Shown here: positions 62,413 through 64,000 of the stretch, one piece after another
How the letters are laid out: each line of letters starts with the position of its first letter
How positions within the stretch are numbered: the first letter of the stretch is position 1
Source of the DNA: Vicinamibacterales bacterium
Lineage (GTDB): Bacteria > Acidobacteriota > Vicinamibacteria > Vicinamibacterales > UBA2999
Direction of reading: 5' to 3'
DNA: 64,000 nucleotides
Assembly: GCA_050250645.1 (NCBI GenBank)
Contig: JBFWOG010000002.1
Coordinates: 71,691 to 135,690 of the forward strand
The notes under the pieces: model-generated
The model's input: the letters and a program-made list of their open reading frames with translations, nothing else
What the model was told of the DNA's origin: nothing
Database searches by the model: none
Program-made: the position numbers and the translations under genes

Positions 62413-63126
62413 ATGCGGCGACCACGCGACAACGGCATCGCCCTCGTCATCGCGCTCGTGCTCACCGCCTTCTTCGCGGTGGTGGGGCTCGGCCTGGTGT
62501 TCACCGTCTCGGTGGATCGCCTGGGCGCGATGAACCACGAGGACCAGGCGCGCGCGCTCTATGCGGCCGACGCGGCGCTCGCGCTGGCGGCGTCCGAGCT
62601 GGCGCGGACGGGGGACTTCGACGCCGTGCTGGAGGGCAGGGCCGTGTCGGCCTACACGGATGGCGAGTCCGCCGGGCTGCGCGTGCTGTCAGGCGGCGGC
62701 GCGGTGGACCTGGTGGCCCTCACGGGCGAGCTCAGTTGTGGCCGGTCCGCCGGCTGCACCGACGCGCAGGTCGCCGTGTCGACGGCCGCCCGGCCGTGGG
62801 GCGCGAACAACCCGCGCTGGCGCCCCTACGTGTACCTGCCACTCGCCGACGTCGTGGGGCCCGCGGCCGGTTCGCTCTACATTGCCGTCTGGATTGGCGA
62901 CGACGCGACGGAAACCGACGGCGAGCCCGCCGTCGATGGCGGCGGCGACGCCGGGGCAGGCCGCGGGGTCCTGCGGGCGCACGCCGAGGCGTTCGGCCGG
63001 CTGGGGGCGCGCCATGCGGTCGAGGCGGAACTCGCCCGGGTCTGCGTGGAGCCGGGCGCGGGCGCCGGCTGCCTTCCGGGCATCCGTGTGCAGTCCTGGC
63101 GACAGGTGGCAGACCGGCTGCCTTGA
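62413..63126 (+). CDS. PilX/GspK-like pilus assembly protein (non-cleavable hydrophobic N-terminus)
   Basis: MRRPRDNGIALVIALVLTAFFAVVGLGL... resembles PilX_N. 237 aa; 4 Cys in two close pairs. Confidence 0.6.
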   Translation: MRRPRDNGIALVIALVLTAFFAVVGLGLVFTVSVDRLGAMNHEDQARALYAADAALALAASELARTGDFDAVLEGRAVSAYTDGESAGLRVLSGGGAVDLVALTGELSCGRSAGCTDAQVAVSTAARPWGANNPRWRPYVYLPLADVVGPAAGSLYIAVWIGDDATETDGEPAVDGGGDAGAGRGVLRAHAEAFGRLGARHAVEAELARVCVEPGAGAGCLPGIRVQSWRQVADRLP

Positions 63127-63192
63127 CCTCCGGTGACCCGAGTCGTACGATCGCGGGTACCAGGCGTGGCCCCCCGCGCCGGCGGAACGACC

Positions 63193-63756
63193 ATGCTGCG
63201 ACTGACCTTCGTCCTGGCGCTCCTCGTGGCCGTGCCGGCCGTCGCGGCCGGGCAGTCGCTCGCCGACGTGGCGCGGGCCGAGGCCGCGCGCCGCAAGTCC
63301 GTCGACGAGCCGGTCAAGGTCTACACGAACGAGAGCCTCAAGCCCGACTTCACGCGGCCCACCCCGGCCGCGCCGTCCACGGGCAGTCCGCCGCCCGCCG
63401 CGGCCCTGCCGCCGGACGCCCCGGCCACGGACGCGCCGGCTCCACCCGCAGCCCCTTCGGCGGCGCCCGAGCGTGATCAGGCCTACTGGAGCGCCCGTAT
63501 CAACGCCGCCCGCGCGCAGCTCGAGCGCAGCCGGACGCTGGCCGACGCGATGCAGAGCCGCATCAACGCGCTGGCAACCGACTTCGTCAACCGCGACGAC
63601 CCGGCGCAGCGCGCGGCGCTCGAAGAGGACCGGCTGAAGGCTCTCGCGGAGCTCGAGCGCCTCAAGCGCGAGATCGAGGACCAGTCGCAGGCCATCGCCG
63701 ACATCCAGGAGGAGGCGCGCAAGGCAGGCGTGCCGCCAGGCTGGCTGCGGCCCTGA
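63193..63756 (+). CDS. Secreted hypothetical protein: signal peptide, Pro/Ala-rich linker, C-terminal coiled coil
   Basis: MLRLTFVLALLVAVPAVAAGQ|SLADVARAEAARRKS..., then PTPAAPSTGSPPPAAALPPDAPATDAPAPPAAP, then a heptad-like ...LERSRTLADAMQSRINALATD...LKALAELERLKREIEDQ... No family recognised. Confidence 0.55.
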   Translation: MLRLTFVLALLVAVPAVAAGQSLADVARAEAARRKSVDEPVKVYTNESLKPDFTRPTPAAPSTGSPPPAAALPPDAPATDAPAPPAAPSAAPERDQAYWSARINAARAQLERSRTLADAMQSRINALATDFVNRDDPAQRAALEEDRLKALAELERLKREIEDQSQAIADIQEEARKAGVPPGWLRP

Positions 63757-63763
63757 GCGGCGC

Positions 63764-64000
63764 GTGACCCCACCCGATGGCGCGGGTCCGTCCGCGCCGA
63801 TCCTGATCGTCGAGGACAAGGACTCGCTGCGCGCGATGCTGCGGCTCGCGCTCGAGCAGGACGATCACGTCGTGCTCGAGGCGCGGGACGAGGCCGAGGC
63901 GAGCGTGCGGCTCGCGGCGGCGCGCCCCGCCCTCGTCCTCACGGACCTGCGGCTGCCCGCCGGCGACGGCCTGGGCGTCCTGCGCGCGGCCAAGGAGGTG
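63764..64000 (+). CDS. Response regulator receiver domain, 5' fragment (continues beyond the window; probably NtrC family)
   Basis: Open frame from GTG 63764: ...APILIVEDKDSLRAMLRLALEQDDHVVLEA...PALVLTDLRLPAGDGLGVLRAAKE. Absent from the ORF track because no stop lies in the window. Confidence 0.75.
   Translation, partial: MTPPDGAGPSAPILIVEDKDSLRAMLRLALEQDDHVVLEARDEAEASVRLAAARPALVLTDLRLPAGDGLGVLRAAKEV

Overview
High-GC (about 70% by eye) bacterial chromosomal segment. The gene content (CarboxypepD_reg-type TonB receptor, PRC-type cytochrome c, fused cytochrome b/c) suggests an Acidobacteriota-like organism, but this is a low-confidence inference. Layout: (1) rpoB 3' end and rpoC. (2) An ~11.7-kb accessory block holding a TPR-HK-RR-TauE operon, a TonB-dependent receptor, Rieske plus cytochrome b/dihaem-c, a secreted creatininase-family protein and a PRC-type cytochrome c. 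(3) An uninterrupted str-S10-spc-alpha ribosomal supercluster, rpsL-rpsG-fusA-rpsJ...rplQ, including secY-adk-map-infA-rpmJ and rpoA, with no tuf. (4) DUF2277, beta-carbonic anhydrase, a SAM methyltransferase and an EF-G paralogue. (5) A Yip1-MacA-FtsX-FtsX efflux module with no ATPase gene. (6) A type IVa pilus locus: PorV/TraF-like OMP, pilB-pilT-pilC-pilS-pilR, a sigma54 promoter, two tandem pilins, a VKOR-DsbA fusion, an ABC-2 exporter, an unknown TPR-like protein, pilD, a second HK, three minor pilins, a secreted coiled-coil protein and a second RR that is cut by the window end. I found no rRNA, tRNA, CRISPR, transposase or integrase. The most unusual sequence-level signal is a family of low-GC, period-7 tandem repeats. 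They form inverted arms around terminator hairpins at four transcription-unit ends (4.7, 15.1, 32.6 and 36.1 kb). The most unusual gene-level signals are in the pilus locus: the embedded VKOR-DsbA, the translationally coupled ABC-X-PilD-HK chain and an atypical minor-pilin operon. The ATPase-less Yip1-efflux module is also notable. All family assignments come from motif recognition by eye, since no searches were run. The many long ORFs antisense to conserved genes are GC-driven shadow ORFs and are rejected.
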